A stretch of 55,717 bases of DNA from Chloroflexota bacterium (GTDB lineage Bacteria > Chloroflexota > UBA6077 > JACCZL01): assembly GCA_046154735.1 (NCBI GenBank), contig JBJXFJ010000245.1, positions 1 through 55,717 on the forward strand, given 5' to 3'. A program made the translations under genes and the position numbers. The notes below the pieces were generated by a model. That model was given only the letters and a program-made list of their open reading frames with translations, had not been told where the DNA came from and made no database searches. How positions within the stretch are numbered: position 1 is the first letter of the stretch; each line of letters begins with the position of its first letter. Of the stretch, positions 1-12,284 are shown piece by piece.

Positions 1-173
1 CGGCCCATGTGAGATAGGTCAAAGAGTCCAGCGGCAGTGCGAACGATGGTGTGCTCAGCAATAATGCCCTGGTATTGGACAGGCATTTCCCAGCCGCCAA
101 ACTCAACCAGGCGAGCACCTCCGGCAACATGGTCTTCAAACAGCGCCGTTCGAAATAAAGACAGTTCAGACAT
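1..173 (-). CDS. gcvT: Aminomethyltransferase (glycine cleavage system T protein), first 57 codons; gene runs off the left edge
   Basis: Own translation of the minus strand from ATG at 173-171 gives [57 protein letters not shown]. This matches the conserved GcvT N-terminus (GW-MPVQY, EH--VR--AGLFD-SHMG). It is too short to appear in the ORF track. Confidence 0.8.
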   Translation of the reverse strand, partial: MSELSLFRTALFEDHVAGGARLVEFGGWEMPVQYQGIIAEHTIVRTAAGLFDLSHMG

Positions 174-196
174 CAAATTCTGGAAATCCCTGGGCG

Positions 197-225
197 ATCC
201 TACGAAGTCAGCTCAGACCTGTCAA
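197..225 (-). promoter_or_regulatory. Candidate sigma-70-type promoter for gcvT
   Basis: The minus strand reads TTGACA (225-220), 17 nt, TAGGAT (202-197), about 24 nt upstream of the gcvT ATG. An 8-bp hairpin CACACGAA/TTCGTGTG (227-234/241-248) sits just upstream, after the secA stop. Confidence 0.4.
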
Positions 226-345
226 GCACACGAATCGCCGTTCGTGTGCGCGCCCAAAGCACTCGCTCGGCGTGAACCCAACAAAAAGGACGGTAATCCA
301 AATAGTTGGTAACGCAACCAAAGGAGGCAGCGCGGCGGATGAGTG

Positions 346-3030
<2,685 letters not shown>

Positions 3031-3056
3031 GGGCTACCTCAGAAATCCGTCAATTG

Positions 3057-3084
3057 ATTATATGCAACGAAACTAGACTATCGA
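3057..3084 (-). promoter_or_regulatory. Candidate secA promoter
   Basis: The minus strand reads TCGATA (3084-3079), 16 nt, TATAAT (3062-3057). A GAGG Shine-Dalgarno lies about 9 nt before the secA ATG at 3030. Confidence 0.35.
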
Positions 3085-3270
3085 CGGAATCAGCTGTCAT
3101 CTTGGGACCGCCCACGGGGCCGATGTGACATCCCAATTGGCTACTTGACACATTCCAGCCAAGACCTGTTTCAGCAGAACGGCTTCCTCTTGTATTAAGG
3201 GTGCCAAACGATGCACTCGTGCGGTTCCGTCTCGGTGGCTCACCACCCGCTCGGCCCACAACGGCCGAAC

Positions 3271-4221
3271 TTAGACCGCGGCTCCAAACAGCGCTCCCAC
3301 GGAGCCTCCAGTGTGAATGCGACTGATCGCTTCACCCAGCAGCACGGCAACCGAAATCACCCGAGTCTGGCCCATACGTCGATCGGCTGTAATCGGTATG
3401 GTATCCGTGGTTACATACTCTTCTAACTTCGCTTCCGAGAGTCGCTGTACGGCCATGTCAGAGAGTACCGAGTGGACAGCACTCGCATAGACTTTCTCAG
3501 CACCATACTCATGGCAGACCTGGATGGCCCCCACCAGTGACCTTGCGGTATCCACTTCATCATCCACGATGAGCGCTGTCCTGCCCTTGACGTCGCCAAT
3601 TAGACGCAGTGACTCCACATTGCCGTCATATACCTCGCGGCGTTTCTCAACGATGGCCAGTGGTGCATGAAGCAGTTCTGCAAAGTTGCGCGCCTTCTTT
3701 GCAAAGCCGATGTCCGCGGATACCACGACCGGGTCATCAAGACCGAGTCCTCGGAAATAATCACAGAGCAGGTAAACCGCGGTCAGCTCATCCACGGGAA
3801 TCTTGAAGAATCCCTGGATCTGGCCCGCGTGAAGGTCAATTGTGAGAACGCGATCGGCTCCTGCCGCCTGTATTAAGTCTGCCAGGAGGCGCGCTGTGAT
3901 GGGCACACGCGGCTGATCCTTCTTGTCCGATCGACCGTAACTGAAATAGGGAATAACGGCCGTGACCCGGCGAGCGGAGGCCCGTTTGAGCGCATCTAGC
4001 ATAATGAACAGTTCCATCAGGCTCTTGTTCACCGGTGCGCACGTCGGTTGAATCACAAAGACGTCGTGCTCACGGACGTTCTGGTTGATCCGGACGAAAA
4101 TATTCTCGTTGCTAAACTCAAACACGTCGGCCCGTCCAAGTTCTACGCCGAGGTAGTTACAAACGGACTCGGCAAGCTCTGGATGGGCGTTCCCGGAAAA
4201 AATGGCCAGATCCCGATACAC
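3271..4221 (-). CDS. prs: Ribose-phosphate pyrophosphokinase (PRPP synthetase)
   Basis: 316-aa ORF with a typical Prs N-terminus (IFSGNAHPELAESV) and PRPP-binding loop (ALIVDDEVDTARSL). Confidence 0.95.
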   Translation of the reverse strand: MYRDLAIFSGNAHPELAESVCNYLGVELGRADVFEFSNENIFVRINQNVREHDVFVIQPTCAPVNKSLMELFIMLDALKRASARRVTAVIPYFSYGRSDKKDQPRVPITARLLADLIQAAGADRVLTIDLHAGQIQGFFKIPVDELTAVYLLCDYFRGLGLDDPVVVSADIGFAKKARNFAELLHAPLAIVEKRREVYDGNVESLRLIGDVKGRTALIVDDEVDTARSLVGAIQVCHEYGAEKVYASAVHSVLSDMAVQRLSEAKLEEYVTTDTIPITADRRMGQTRVISVAVLLGEAISRIHTGGSVGALFGAAV

Positions 4222-4280
4222 GGCGTCTCCGAAGAATCTCGTGGGATGGGGCGAATATATCAGATGCCAGCCGCCGAGCG

Positions 4281-5375
4281 TCAGGCGAGATGATGCTGCC
4301 GGGCGGCCGCGTCGACTAACTCCCTCCCAATCGGGTGCTCAAATGCCCCTGGCGCCAGGCCCAGCTCGTCAGCCACGGGCTGATCGCCCAGGAGCATATG
4401 CATCAGCATGGCTGATCCTTTTGCGAGTACTTCGAGGTCGTATCCACCTTCAAGTACGAAGACGATGCGCCCGTGGCAGAGCGAGTCTGCGAGATCAGTG
4501 AGACCTTCAAGCACATGGCGATATCCGGCCAGGCTCAGTTGAATGCTCGCAAGTGGATCACGCCAGTGGGCATCAAATCCGAGAGAAATGAGCAGTGCCT
4601 CCGGCTGAAAACGCCGCAGCGCCGGCGCAAGTACGGCGTCCAGGGCGTACTTGTAAGTACCATCCCCTATCCCGGGTGGGAACGGAAGGTTTAGCGTTGT
4701 GCCCACTCCCTCTCCCGACCCGGCCTGATTCAGCGCTCCCGTGCCCGGATAGTACGGGTACTGATGCGTGGAGCAGTACAGCACATTAGGATCGTCGTAA
4801 AAGATCGCCTGAGTCCCGTTGCCATGATGGACGTCGATGTCGACAATCGCAACACGATCGAGTAGTCCACCCTGGAGGACTGACCGTGCTCCAATGGCGG
4901 CATTATTGAAAAGGCAAAAACCCATTGCGCGTTCTGAGAGCGCGTGATGCCCTGGAGGGCGGCCTAGACAGTATGCGCGCTCCAAGTCCCCACTGATGAC
5001 CCGCTCAAGGGCCTCTACCACGCCGCCGGCGGCCCGGGTGGCCGCGTCCCAGGAGCCGGTGGACACCGTGGTGTCTCCGTCGAGATCTGACGGACCTCGC
5101 GTGCAAGCATCCTGAATCATTCGCTGATGTGCGAGCGGGTGGACCAAACCAATGATCTCAGCGCTGGCTGGGGCCGGCTCCCAGCGAATCAAGCGACCTG
5201 AGAGCTCCGTCTGATCCAGCTCACGCACAATGGATACAAGTCGCTGATTCGATTCTGGATGCGCTTCGCCTGGATCGTGCTCCAGAAAGCTCGGGCTGTA
5301 GCTCAGGCCGATCCGCTTCTGGAAATGAGACGACCCCGCTTGCGCGGAGTCGTCTAGTGAACGGCGAATACTCAT
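4281..5375 (-). CDS. Histone deacetylase-family (AcuC/AphA-like) deacetylase
   Basis: 364-aa ORF with class I/II HDAC signatures (PPGHHA, DIDVHHGNGTQ, EGGY). Confidence 0.85.
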   Translation of the reverse strand: MSIRRSLDDSAQAGSSHFQKRIGLSYSPSFLEHDPGEAHPESNQRLVSIVRELDQTELSGRLIRWEPAPASAEIIGLVHPLAHQRMIQDACTRGPSDLDGDTTVSTGSWDAATRAAGGVVEALERVISGDLERAYCLGRPPGHHALSERAMGFCLFNNAAIGARSVLQGGLLDRVAIVDIDVHHGNGTQAIFYDDPNVLYCSTHQYPYYPGTGALNQAGSGEGVGTTLNLPFPPGIGDGTYKYALDAVLAPALRRFQPEALLISLGFDAHWRDPLASIQLSLAGYRHVLEGLTDLADSLCHGRIVFVLEGGYDLEVLAKGSAMLMHMLLGDQPVADELGLAPGAFEHPIGRELVDAAARQHHLA

Positions 5376-5384
5376 TGCCCCGAC

Positions 5385-7331
5385 TTACGAACCGGCGGCA
5401 GAACCGGGCAAGAGCCTAGGCGTGGGCTGGGGGCCCGGACGTGGCACTGCCTGTGGCTCCTCAGCATCACTGTTTGGCGAGATCGGTGTGGGCATGGGTG
5501 GATCCAGGGGCGGAAGCCCAAGGAAAATTCGCTCCAGCATCTCGCCTTCAAGCGTTTCATGCTTGACCAGCTCAACGGCCAGATTATCAAGAATTTCGCG
5601 GTGCTCGGTCAGGATATGTACGGCCATCGCATAGCCATCATCGATTAAGCGTCGGATTTCCTCGTCAATGGCCTCGGCGACCTTTTCGCTGTAATTCTTG
5701 TGCTCCCCAAGGCCACGCCCCAGGAACACCATCTCGTCCTTCTGACCAAGCGCCACCGGCCCAAGCCGTTCGCTCATGCCGTATTCCTTAACCATTTTCC
5801 GCGCGATATTCGTGGCGACCTCAATATCGTTCTCAGCGCCAGTGCTCATCTCGCCATAGACAACGCGCTCAGACGCGTGCCCGCCGAGTGTCGCTGCTAG
5901 ACGGTCCTCAAACTGAGAGCGCGTCCAGAGATACCGATCCTCCGTGGGCAAATATCGCGTATAGCCCCCCATCATGCCGCGAGCGATGATCGAGATTTTA
6001 TGGACCGGGTCATGATTCTTGAGGAATCGTCCAACCACTGCGTGACCACCTTCATGGTACGCCGTGACCCACTTCTCATTCTCGCTAATGATTCGACTGC
6101 GCCGCTCAGGCCCAGCAATCACACGGTCAATCGCCTCTTCCATCTCCAGCATGCCAACGGTCTTCTTGTTCCGTCGAGCAGCCAGAATGGCAGCTTCATT
6201 GATCAAGTTCGCGAGATCAGCGCCCGAGAAGCCCGGTGTCTGCTTGGCCAGCACTTCAAGCTGAACCGTCTTGTCCAGGGGCTTACCCTTGGCGTGGACG
6301 TCAAGAATGCCCCGACGCCCGGCGATATCGGGCTGTGGAAGTACCACATGGCGATCAAATCGGCCAGGTCGTAGCAAGGCGGGATCGAGGACGTCTGGGC
6401 GGTTTGTGGCCGCAATTACAATGACGTTTGTGCTGGTATCGAACCCGTCCATCTCCACGAGGATTTGGTTCAGGGTCTGCTCCCGCTCATCATGGCTGCC
6501 ACCAAGCCCGGCACCGCGCTGACGGCCCACGGCATCGATCTCATCCACAAACACGATACACGGAGAGTTCCGCTTGGCCTGGTCAAAGAGGTCACGTACG
6601 CGAGATGCCCCAACGCCCACGAACATTTCAACGAACTCAGATCCAGAGATACTGAAAAACGGTACTCCAGCCTCGCCAGCAACGGCGCGGGAGAGCAGCG
6701 TCTTGCCGGTCCCGGGCGGGCCAACCAGGAGCACACCCTTTGGGATGCGAGCGCCTAGTGCGGAAAACTTCTCCGGGTACTTCAAGAACTCAACAACTTC
6801 CTGAAGCTCCTGCTTGGCCTCTTCAACTCCCGCCACGTCCGCAAATGTGACGGTGGGCTTGTTGCCCATGAACATGCGCGCTCGGCTCTTCCCAAACGAC
6901 AACGCTTGATTATTGCTCCCCTGAGCTTGTCGCATCATGAAGAGAAGTATGGCACCGAAGAAGATCAGGGGAAGAAGATTGACCAGGAGCCCAATCCAGT
7001 TGCTGAACTGCGGTGGCTCTGTCACGCGGTATTCCACGCGTGCCAACTCATCAGGGGTTACACCGTAGTTTGCAAGCACCTGTGGAACGGTATCCTGGCG
7101 CTCTTTACGCGCGGTGAACTTTCCCTGTCGACCCGGAATTTCGATCGTCAGCTTATCTTCGCTCACGTCGATACGCCGAACCTCGCCGCGCTTCACCGCC
7201 GCCGCCAGCTCGTTCAAGCTGATCTGATTATCACGCTCCCCCGTTGGCTGGAAAACGGTGAAGAAGAGCGCAATGATCGCTACCAGGATGATTAAGTAGA
7301 CGAAGCTGTTGCGCAGCCACTTGGTATCCAT
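5385..7331 (-). CDS. ftsH: ATP-dependent zinc metalloprotease FtsH
   Basis: 648-aa ORF with N-terminal TM segments, AAA Walker A GPPGTGKT, Walker B VFVDEIDA, the SRH region and the zinc motif HEGGHA. Confidence 0.97.
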   Translation of the reverse strand: MDTKWLRNSFVYLIILVAIIALFFTVFQPTGERDNQISLNELAAAVKRGEVRRIDVSEDKLTIEIPGRQGKFTARKERQDTVPQVLANYGVTPDELARVEYRVTEPPQFSNWIGLLVNLLPLIFFGAILLFMMRQAQGSNNQALSFGKSRARMFMGNKPTVTFADVAGVEEAKQELQEVVEFLKYPEKFSALGARIPKGVLLVGPPGTGKTLLSRAVAGEAGVPFFSISGSEFVEMFVGVGASRVRDLFDQAKRNSPCIVFVDEIDAVGRQRGAGLGGSHDEREQTLNQILVEMDGFDTSTNVIVIAATNRPDVLDPALLRPGRFDRHVVLPQPDIAGRRGILDVHAKGKPLDKTVQLEVLAKQTPGFSGADLANLINEAAILAARRNKKTVGMLEMEEAIDRVIAGPERRSRIISENEKWVTAYHEGGHAVVGRFLKNHDPVHKISIIARGMMGGYTRYLPTEDRYLWTRSQFEDRLAATLGGHASERVVYGEMSTGAENDIEVATNIARKMVKEYGMSERLGPVALGQKDEMVFLGRGLGEHKNYSEKVAEAIDEEIRRLIDDGYAMAVHILTEHREILDNLAVELVKHETLEGEMLERIFLGLPPLDPPMPTPISPNSDAEEPQAVPRPGPQPTPRLLPGSAAGS

Positions 7332-7406
7332 GCGTTAGGCTCCTCTGAGCCCCCCGGAATGCTCGCTTGTGCACGCAATGAGTCCGGGACGGGCCGCCTT
7401 CAGGTC

Positions 7407-7415
7407 ATTATAGCA
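7407..7415 (-). promoter_or_regulatory. Candidate extended -10 element upstream of ftsH
   Basis: The minus strand reads TGCTATAAT (7415-7407), with no good -35. AGAGGAG lies 8 nt before the ftsH ATG (7331). Confidence 0.3.
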
Positions 7416-7471
7416 AACGAATTTTCGAGACCTTCCGTGATGTGGTGGCTGAACAGGATTTACGAGCCAAT

Positions 7472-8068
7472 TCAACCAACTTCTCTATACACCGATGGTT
7501 TCAGCACACCGATATAGGGCAGGTTGCGATAGCGTTCGGCGAAGTCAAGTCCGTAACCCACGACAAACTTATCCGGAATTCGAAAGCCCACGTAATCCAC
7601 CGTGACCTCCTCAAGTCGCTCTCGATCCTTGAGGAGCAGTCCACAGATCCGAATGCTGGCGGGTTGGCGCGTCGTGAAGTTATCAAGAATGTATCGAAGA
7701 GTGAGTCCAGTGTCCACAATATCTTCGATGATGAGCACGTCCTTTCCCTCGATGGGTGCATCCAGGTCTTTCAGGAATCGCACCACGCCGCTGGTCTGAG
7801 TGCTGGCGCCATAACTTGAGATGGATATGAAATCGAGCTGCGCCGGAAGGGCAATCGCGCGCGCCAGATCAGCAAAAAAAGCAACCGCACCCTTCAGTAC
7901 ACATATCAGAACGAGTGGACGCCCTTCATAGTCGCGCGTGATCTGCGCACCAAGCTCTTGCACACGCGCCCGCAACGCGTCCTCTGGAATGAGGACCGCA
8001 TCCATATCCTGTTCCGGCGCCCATCGCGCGGCTGTGGGGTTATCCACGCCCTTCGTTCCTTTCTTCAC
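7472..8068 (-). CDS. hpt: Hypoxanthine-guanine phosphoribosyltransferase
   Basis: 198-aa ORF with the PRPP-binding motif LIIEDIVDTGLTL, in the conserved tilS-hpt-ftsH arrangement. The true start may be the internal ATG at 8005 (MDAVLIPEDAL), which would remove the 29-nt overlap with tilS. Confidence 0.9.
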   Translation of the reverse strand: MKKGTKGVDNPTAARWAPEQDMDAVLIPEDALRARVQELGAQITRDYEGRPLVLICVLKGAVAFFADLARAIALPAQLDFISISSYGASTQTSGVVRFLKDLDAPIEGKDVLIIEDIVDTGLTLRYILDNFTTRQPASIRICGLLLKDRERLEEVTVDYVGFRIPDKFVVGYGLDFAERYRNLPYIGVLKPSVYREVG

Positions 8069-9140
8069 GCGTCACGCCACGTGCGTTCTGGGCCATCCAG
8101 CCGAGCGAGACACTCTCGGCCTTGGCACGCCACTCCAATCCATGACTGAGATTGATCACGCCATCACCGGACTCAACCAGACGAATGCACCGATCAATCT
8201 GATCGAAGGAGAGGCCAGCGTGGCCCACAAGCTTCCGCGCCGCCCGGCGGATCAATCGCCCTACCACTGCACGGCTGAGCGAGGTAAGCGAGGCTCGTGG
8301 AAATGAGACCGCCATCGAGCTCCGCGTAGCCAACATCGCCCATTCCGCATCCACCAGCCCCTCAATAAGCTGTGTGTCGTCGCGAGCAAGCGTTGCGAGC
8401 TTGCGCACTGCTCCTCGAACGGACGGATTATAGGTCTCGAGCAGTGGCAGCAAATGATGTCGAATTCGATTTCGTGTGAACGTGACGTCCAAATTGGAGG
8501 AATCTTCGATCCACTGCAGTCCGTGCAGAGCACAGTACGCGGCCGTTTGCCAGCGTTCCACGTTCAACAGCGGGCGGACGATCTGGGCCGCACCCTGAAT
8601 AGCCGTGAGTCGCGGTGGCGCCGAACCGAAGGCCGAGACCGGGAGTCGCTGGCTGGGGAGCAGCCCAATCAGGCCCTCGGGTCCCGTTCCTCGAATAATG
8701 TGCAGCAAGACCGTCTCAACGAGATCGTCACCGGTGTGACCGGTGACGATCACTTCTGTCGCACAGCTTCGAGCCACTTGCAGCAGAAGTCGATATCGAA
8801 CGGCACGCGCCGAAGCTTCGGCGTTACCGCCCATCTTATTGACCCAGGCGGCCACGGCATACCGGCGCACGGTCAACGGCACGCCAATGGCCCGAGCCGT
8901 GCGCGCCAGGCGCTGGGCATCGGTACGCGAGGACGCTCTCATGCCATGGTCCACGTGCACCGCCTGAATTCTGATGGCTGGCGGAGCGAGGCTGACCATA
9001 GCGTGCAGCAACGCCAGCGAGTCCTGTCCGCCGGATACGGCCACGACGAGCGAGCCAGCGAGTGGGAGCAGACCTGTCCGAAAAGCGACGGCCACCTCGT
9101 GATTGACCTGCTCGCCAGTGATATGGGCCAACTCGGACAT
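8040..9140 (-). CDS. tilS: tRNA(Ile)-lysidine synthase
   Basis: 366-aa ORF with the PP-loop motif SGGQDS near the N-terminus and conserved synteny with hpt/ftsH. Confidence 0.9.
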   Translation of the reverse strand: MSELAHITGEQVNHEVAVAFRTGLLPLAGSLVVAVSGGQDSLALLHAMVSLAPPAIRIQAVHVDHGMRASSRTDAQRLARTARAIGVPLTVRRYAVAAWVNKMGGNAEASARAVRYRLLLQVARSCATEVIVTGHTGDDLVETVLLHIIRGTGPEGLIGLLPSQRLPVSAFGSAPPRLTAIQGAAQIVRPLLNVERWQTAAYCALHGLQWIEDSSNLDVTFTRNRIRHHLLPLLETYNPSVRGAVRKLATLARDDTQLIEGLVDAEWAMLATRSSMAVSFPRASLTSLSRAVVGRLIRRAARKLVGHAGLSFDQIDRCIRLVESGDGVINLSHGLEWRAKAESVSLGWMAQNARGVTREERNEGRG

Positions 9141-9144
9141 GTCG

Positions 9145-9501
9145 TCAGGGACGAGGCGTCGGCGTCATGGTCCGAGATGTCGGGAAAATGGTTGCCGTGC
9201 CGGTTGGCGCCAGCAGGATCACCGGAGTGTCACCGGGCTTGATCAATCCCAGCTCTTCACGAGCCAGAGATTCGATAGCCTGATCCGTGCGCGCCACCGC
9301 AATCGCCGTCTGAAGTCGTTGATTTTCAGCCCGTGCGGCAATGACATCGGCCTGCAACGCTTCCGCGTCAGACACGAGACCTCGAGTCTGGATCCAACGT
9401 CCGCCCACATTCACGGCTGCATAGATGAGTATGGGCACAATCAAGAGGATGACCAATTTCGGCCATCCCCCGCGGCCGCCCTCCGAGCCTCGGTCAGTCA
9501 C
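9145..9501 (-). CDS. Septum formation initiator family protein (FtsB/DivIC-like)
   Basis: 118-aa ORF with a single N-terminal TM segment, a coiled-coil stretch (AENQRLQTAI) and an IESLAREELGLIKPGD motif typical of the family. Confidence 0.7.
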   Translation of the reverse strand: MTDRGSEGGRGGWPKLVILLIVPILIYAAVNVGGRWIQTRGLVSDAEALQADVIAARAENQRLQTAIAVARTDQAIESLAREELGLIKPGDTPVILLAPTGTATIFPTSRTMTPTPRP

Positions 9502-9528
9502 AGGGAAATGCTGGCATTCGCATACGCA

Positions 9529-10497
9529 TCAGGGGCCCCAGGAGATGCCAGAGGCGGCGTCTGCTGATGCATCGGCAATGAGCGTGCGTTCATTACTGAC
9601 GGTTACCTGACCTGAGCTCGTGGTGACGTCCACGACCATGAGCTCAAAGCTGCCCCGCTGGCCGGAGAGGAAGGCGATCGATTTACCATCGGGCGACCAG
9701 GCGGGACCGCGGGCAAGATCAAGCTTTGAAAGCTGTACTTCGTCACCGTCCACCGTTGATCGCACATACACATTGGAGCGTGAGCCGTTACGGGCGGCAT
9801 AGGCCAACCATTCGCCGTCAGGCGACCAGGTAGGATCAAATGCCCCGTTCTGATTCTCCGTGAATGGCTGCGCAACCTTGCCTGATTCCCAAAGAAAGAT
9901 CTGGCTCGCGAGGGGCTGGCCCGATGGGCTGCGCTTGAATCCGGTCACGGCCAGGCGTTTTCCGTCTGGTGACCAAGCCACACTGTCGACCATCTCAAAA
10001 ACACCCCCTAATGATAGGAGACGCCGAGCTCCACCCTCAGTATTCATGGTACCTGGCTGTAGAAATGGAGTTCCAGAATCAGCAACAAATGAGATCTGCG
10101 TGCCGTCTGGGGTCCAGGCAGGGCGAAACACCCAATCGTTGTCATCCAGCACACGCGCCTGTCCGCGAGTCAGCCGCCGGTTCTCCGTGCCGTCATCCTT
10201 CATGACGAAGATATCTGAGAAATTCTGTCCGCGATACACATAAGCGATGGCCGTTCCATCAGGCGACCAGGCTGGCTGACGCCACGTTTCACCGGTGGTA
10301 AGTTGGCGCGTTACCCCAGACTGCCACAGCCAGATGTTTCCATCGCGGACGTAGAGGATGCGGCCGGACGGCTGGCCGCGCCCTGTCTGGAACGCTTGCC
10401 CACCATCGCGAATGGGTGTCCAGCCACCAAGCATCGAGGAAGCAAGCAGTGCGATCGCCGCAAGAGCCCCTGCCAGGAATCGGCCGATCAATAACAT
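9529..10497 (-). CDS. PD40/TolB-like beta-propeller repeat protein, membrane-anchored or secreted
   Basis: Repeated W-P-WSPDG motifs (WSPDGTAIAY, WTPDGTQISF, WSPDGKRLAV, WSPDGEWLAY, WSPDGKSIAF). I start it at ATG 10497 (MLLIGRFLAGALAAIALLASS, a hydrophobic anchor) rather than the track start 10626, which overlaps pyrD. Confidence 0.75.
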   Translation of the reverse strand: MLLIGRFLAGALAAIALLASSMLGGWTPIRDGGQAFQTGRGQPSGRILYVRDGNIWLWQSGVTRQLTTGETWRQPAWSPDGTAIAYVYRGQNFSDIFVMKDDGTENRRLTRGQARVLDDNDWVFRPAWTPDGTQISFVADSGTPFLQPGTMNTEGGARRLLSLGGVFEMVDSVAWSPDGKRLAVTGFKRSPSGQPLASQIFLWESGKVAQPFTENQNGAFDPTWSPDGEWLAYAARNGSRSNVYVRSTVDGDEVQLSKLDLARGPAWSPDGKSIAFLSGQRGSFELMVVDVTTSSGQVTVSNERTLIADASADAASGISWGP

Positions 10498-10576
10498 TGG
10501 GGCGGGACGATACCACAGGCGGATCGACGAGACAACGGTGACATACTCCCTCAATGCGCGCTCGTGATGGTCTCTA

Positions 10577-11521
10577 TCACAAACGAGCCGCGCTGGGCTC
10601 TCGTCTCGGGAGCGCCGCGCCGACAATATCGCGGAGGTGGGATAACCCCATCTCCTTCACGTAGTGCTCAAGGCCGTCAATGATCTCTGTGGATGCCCGC
10701 GGGTTGACGAAATTCGCCGTCCCAACTTGCACGGCACTAGCGCCGGCCATGAGAAACTCGAGGGCATCAGCCAGTTCACACACACCACCGATACCGACAA
10801 TTGGAACCGACACGGCCTGGGCAAGCTGGTACACCATTCGAACGGCCACGGGCCGGATCGCCGGGCCCGATAATCCAGCCGTGACATTCGCGATGAGTGG
10901 CCGTCGGCGCTCCAGATCGATCCGCATAGCAACAAACGTATTGATCAATGAGATCACATCCGTGCCTTCGGCTTCAACGGCCTGAGCGATCGTCACGATA
11001 TCATTCACATTCGGTGAAAGTTTGACCATCAATGGCAGAGTGGTGTTCCGACGAACTGTTCGAGTGGCCGCCGCCGCGGACTCAGCGTCGTCCGCAAAGA
11101 GCTTGCCCCCGCGGGTGATGTTTGGACAGGAGATATTGAGCTCAAGTCCTGCTATTCCAGGCACGCCATCTAGGGCGGACGCAAGATACTCGAACTCATC
11201 CAGTGACTCTCCGGAGATATTCACGACGACCGGTACTTGCCATGTTGCCCAGATTGGAGCCATCTCCTCGATCACGCGCTGCACGCCAATGTTCTGGAGA
11301 CCAATCGCATTGAGCATGCCTGAGGGGGTTTCGGCGATGCGTGGAGTCGGATTTCCAGCCCGTGGGTGCACGGTGATACCTTTGGAGATCACGGCTCCAA
11401 TTCGATCTACATCCACCACGTCACGGTATTCCGCACCATAGCCAAAGGTACCCGAAGCCACGAGAACAGGGTTGCGCAGCCGCAGGCCAGGAGCGAGATC
11501 CACCTCAAGTTTAGAGGTCAT
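10577..11521 (-). CDS. pyrD: Dihydroorotate dehydrogenase B, catalytic subunit
   Basis: Class 1B PyrD motifs (NPVLVASGTFGYG, NISCPN). The start is moved to ATG 11521 (MTSKLEVDLAPGLRLRNPV), which overlaps the pyrK stop by 11 nt. The track start at 11590 adds an unlikely 23-aa extension. Confidence 0.92.
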   Translation of the reverse strand: MTSKLEVDLAPGLRLRNPVLVASGTFGYGAEYRDVVDVDRIGAVISKGITVHPRAGNPTPRIAETPSGMLNAIGLQNIGVQRVIEEMAPIWATWQVPVVVNISGESLDEFEYLASALDGVPGIAGLELNISCPNITRGGKLFADDAESAAAATRTVRRNTTLPLMVKLSPNVNDIVTIAQAVEAEGTDVISLINTFVAMRIDLERRRPLIANVTAGLSGPAIRPVAVRMVYQLAQAVSVPIVGIGGVCELADALEFLMAGASAVQVGTANFVNPRASTEIIDGLEHYVKEMGLSHLRDIVGAALPRREPSAARL

Positions 11522-12284
11522 TCCAGGTTCCCCATTGGATCGTGGATGAGTTGAACACCGGTCCGTCGCGACAGACTCGTTGGTAGCCACGAGTAGTTGG
11601 AATCACGCATCCCAGACACACGCCCATGGCACACCCCATCTGCTGCTCCATTGAAACTTCCACGCGCATCTCAGGCCGTGCAGAGCAGGCCGCATGGACC
11701 GCCTGTAACATCGGCGTCGGCCCGCACGCATACACACAATCGGTTGCTGCAAGACAATCGGCGATAAGCTCAGTGACGAATCCCGTATGGCCCACGCTGC
11801 CATCAACAGTCGCCGGCCGATATCGGACGCCAGCGGGGATGCGACTCTCCGGAAACACATACGGAGCCGTGGCAGCGCCAACCAGAAGCGTGACGTTACA
11901 CTCCGCGCCTAACGCATCAAGTGACAGGCCAATAAGTGGGGCTACCCCATAGCCACCGCCCACCATCAGGAGATTCCGCTCGTCCGGTCGAAGCTCAAAT
12001 GGTTTCCCGAGCGGGCCCAGGACATCCAGGGTCTCCCCTGGCCGAGACTTCGCAATCTGGGCGCTACCGCGACCAACATCCCGAACGAGCAGCGAGACGC
12101 CATCAGCGTGAGTTAGATAAATGCTCATCGGTCGACGAAGTAACGGATCATATGATGACGTTGTTCGAATGTGGACAAATTGACCGGGACGAGCCCCCGC
12201 GAGATCGGGCGATTGCAGCCGAATCACAAACGTGCTTGGCATGATCTCTTCGGTCTCGAGGACTCGGGCAGGTGCGAGATTCAC
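11511..12284 (-). CDS. pyrK: Dihydroorotate dehydrogenase B, electron-transfer (FAD/2Fe-2S) subunit
   Basis: 257-aa ORF with a ferredoxin-reductase-like fold and the C-terminal cluster motif C-AMGVCLGC. It lies between carB and pyrD. Confidence 0.9.
   Translation of the reverse strand: MNLAPARVLETEEIMPSTFVIRLQSPDLAGARPGQFVHIRTTSSYDPLLRRPMSIYLTHADGVSLLVRDVGRGSAQIAKSRPGETLDVLGPLGKPFELRPDERNLLMVGGGYGVAPLIGLSLDALGAECNVTLLVGAATAPYVFPESRIPAGVRYRPATVDGSVGHTGFVTELIADCLAATDCVYACGPTPMLQAVHAACSARPEMRVEVSMEQQMGCAMGVCLGCVIPTTRGYQRVCRDGPVFNSSTIQWGTWNDL

Noticed and set aside
174-345. Possible glycine riboswitch in the gcvT leader (the classic location)
   Set aside because: I read the minus-strand leader in full. 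It has no GGAGAG...CACCGAAGGGGCAA-type aptamer cores. With the TTGACA-17-TAGGAT promoter the 5' UTR is only about 20 nt, too short for a riboswitch.
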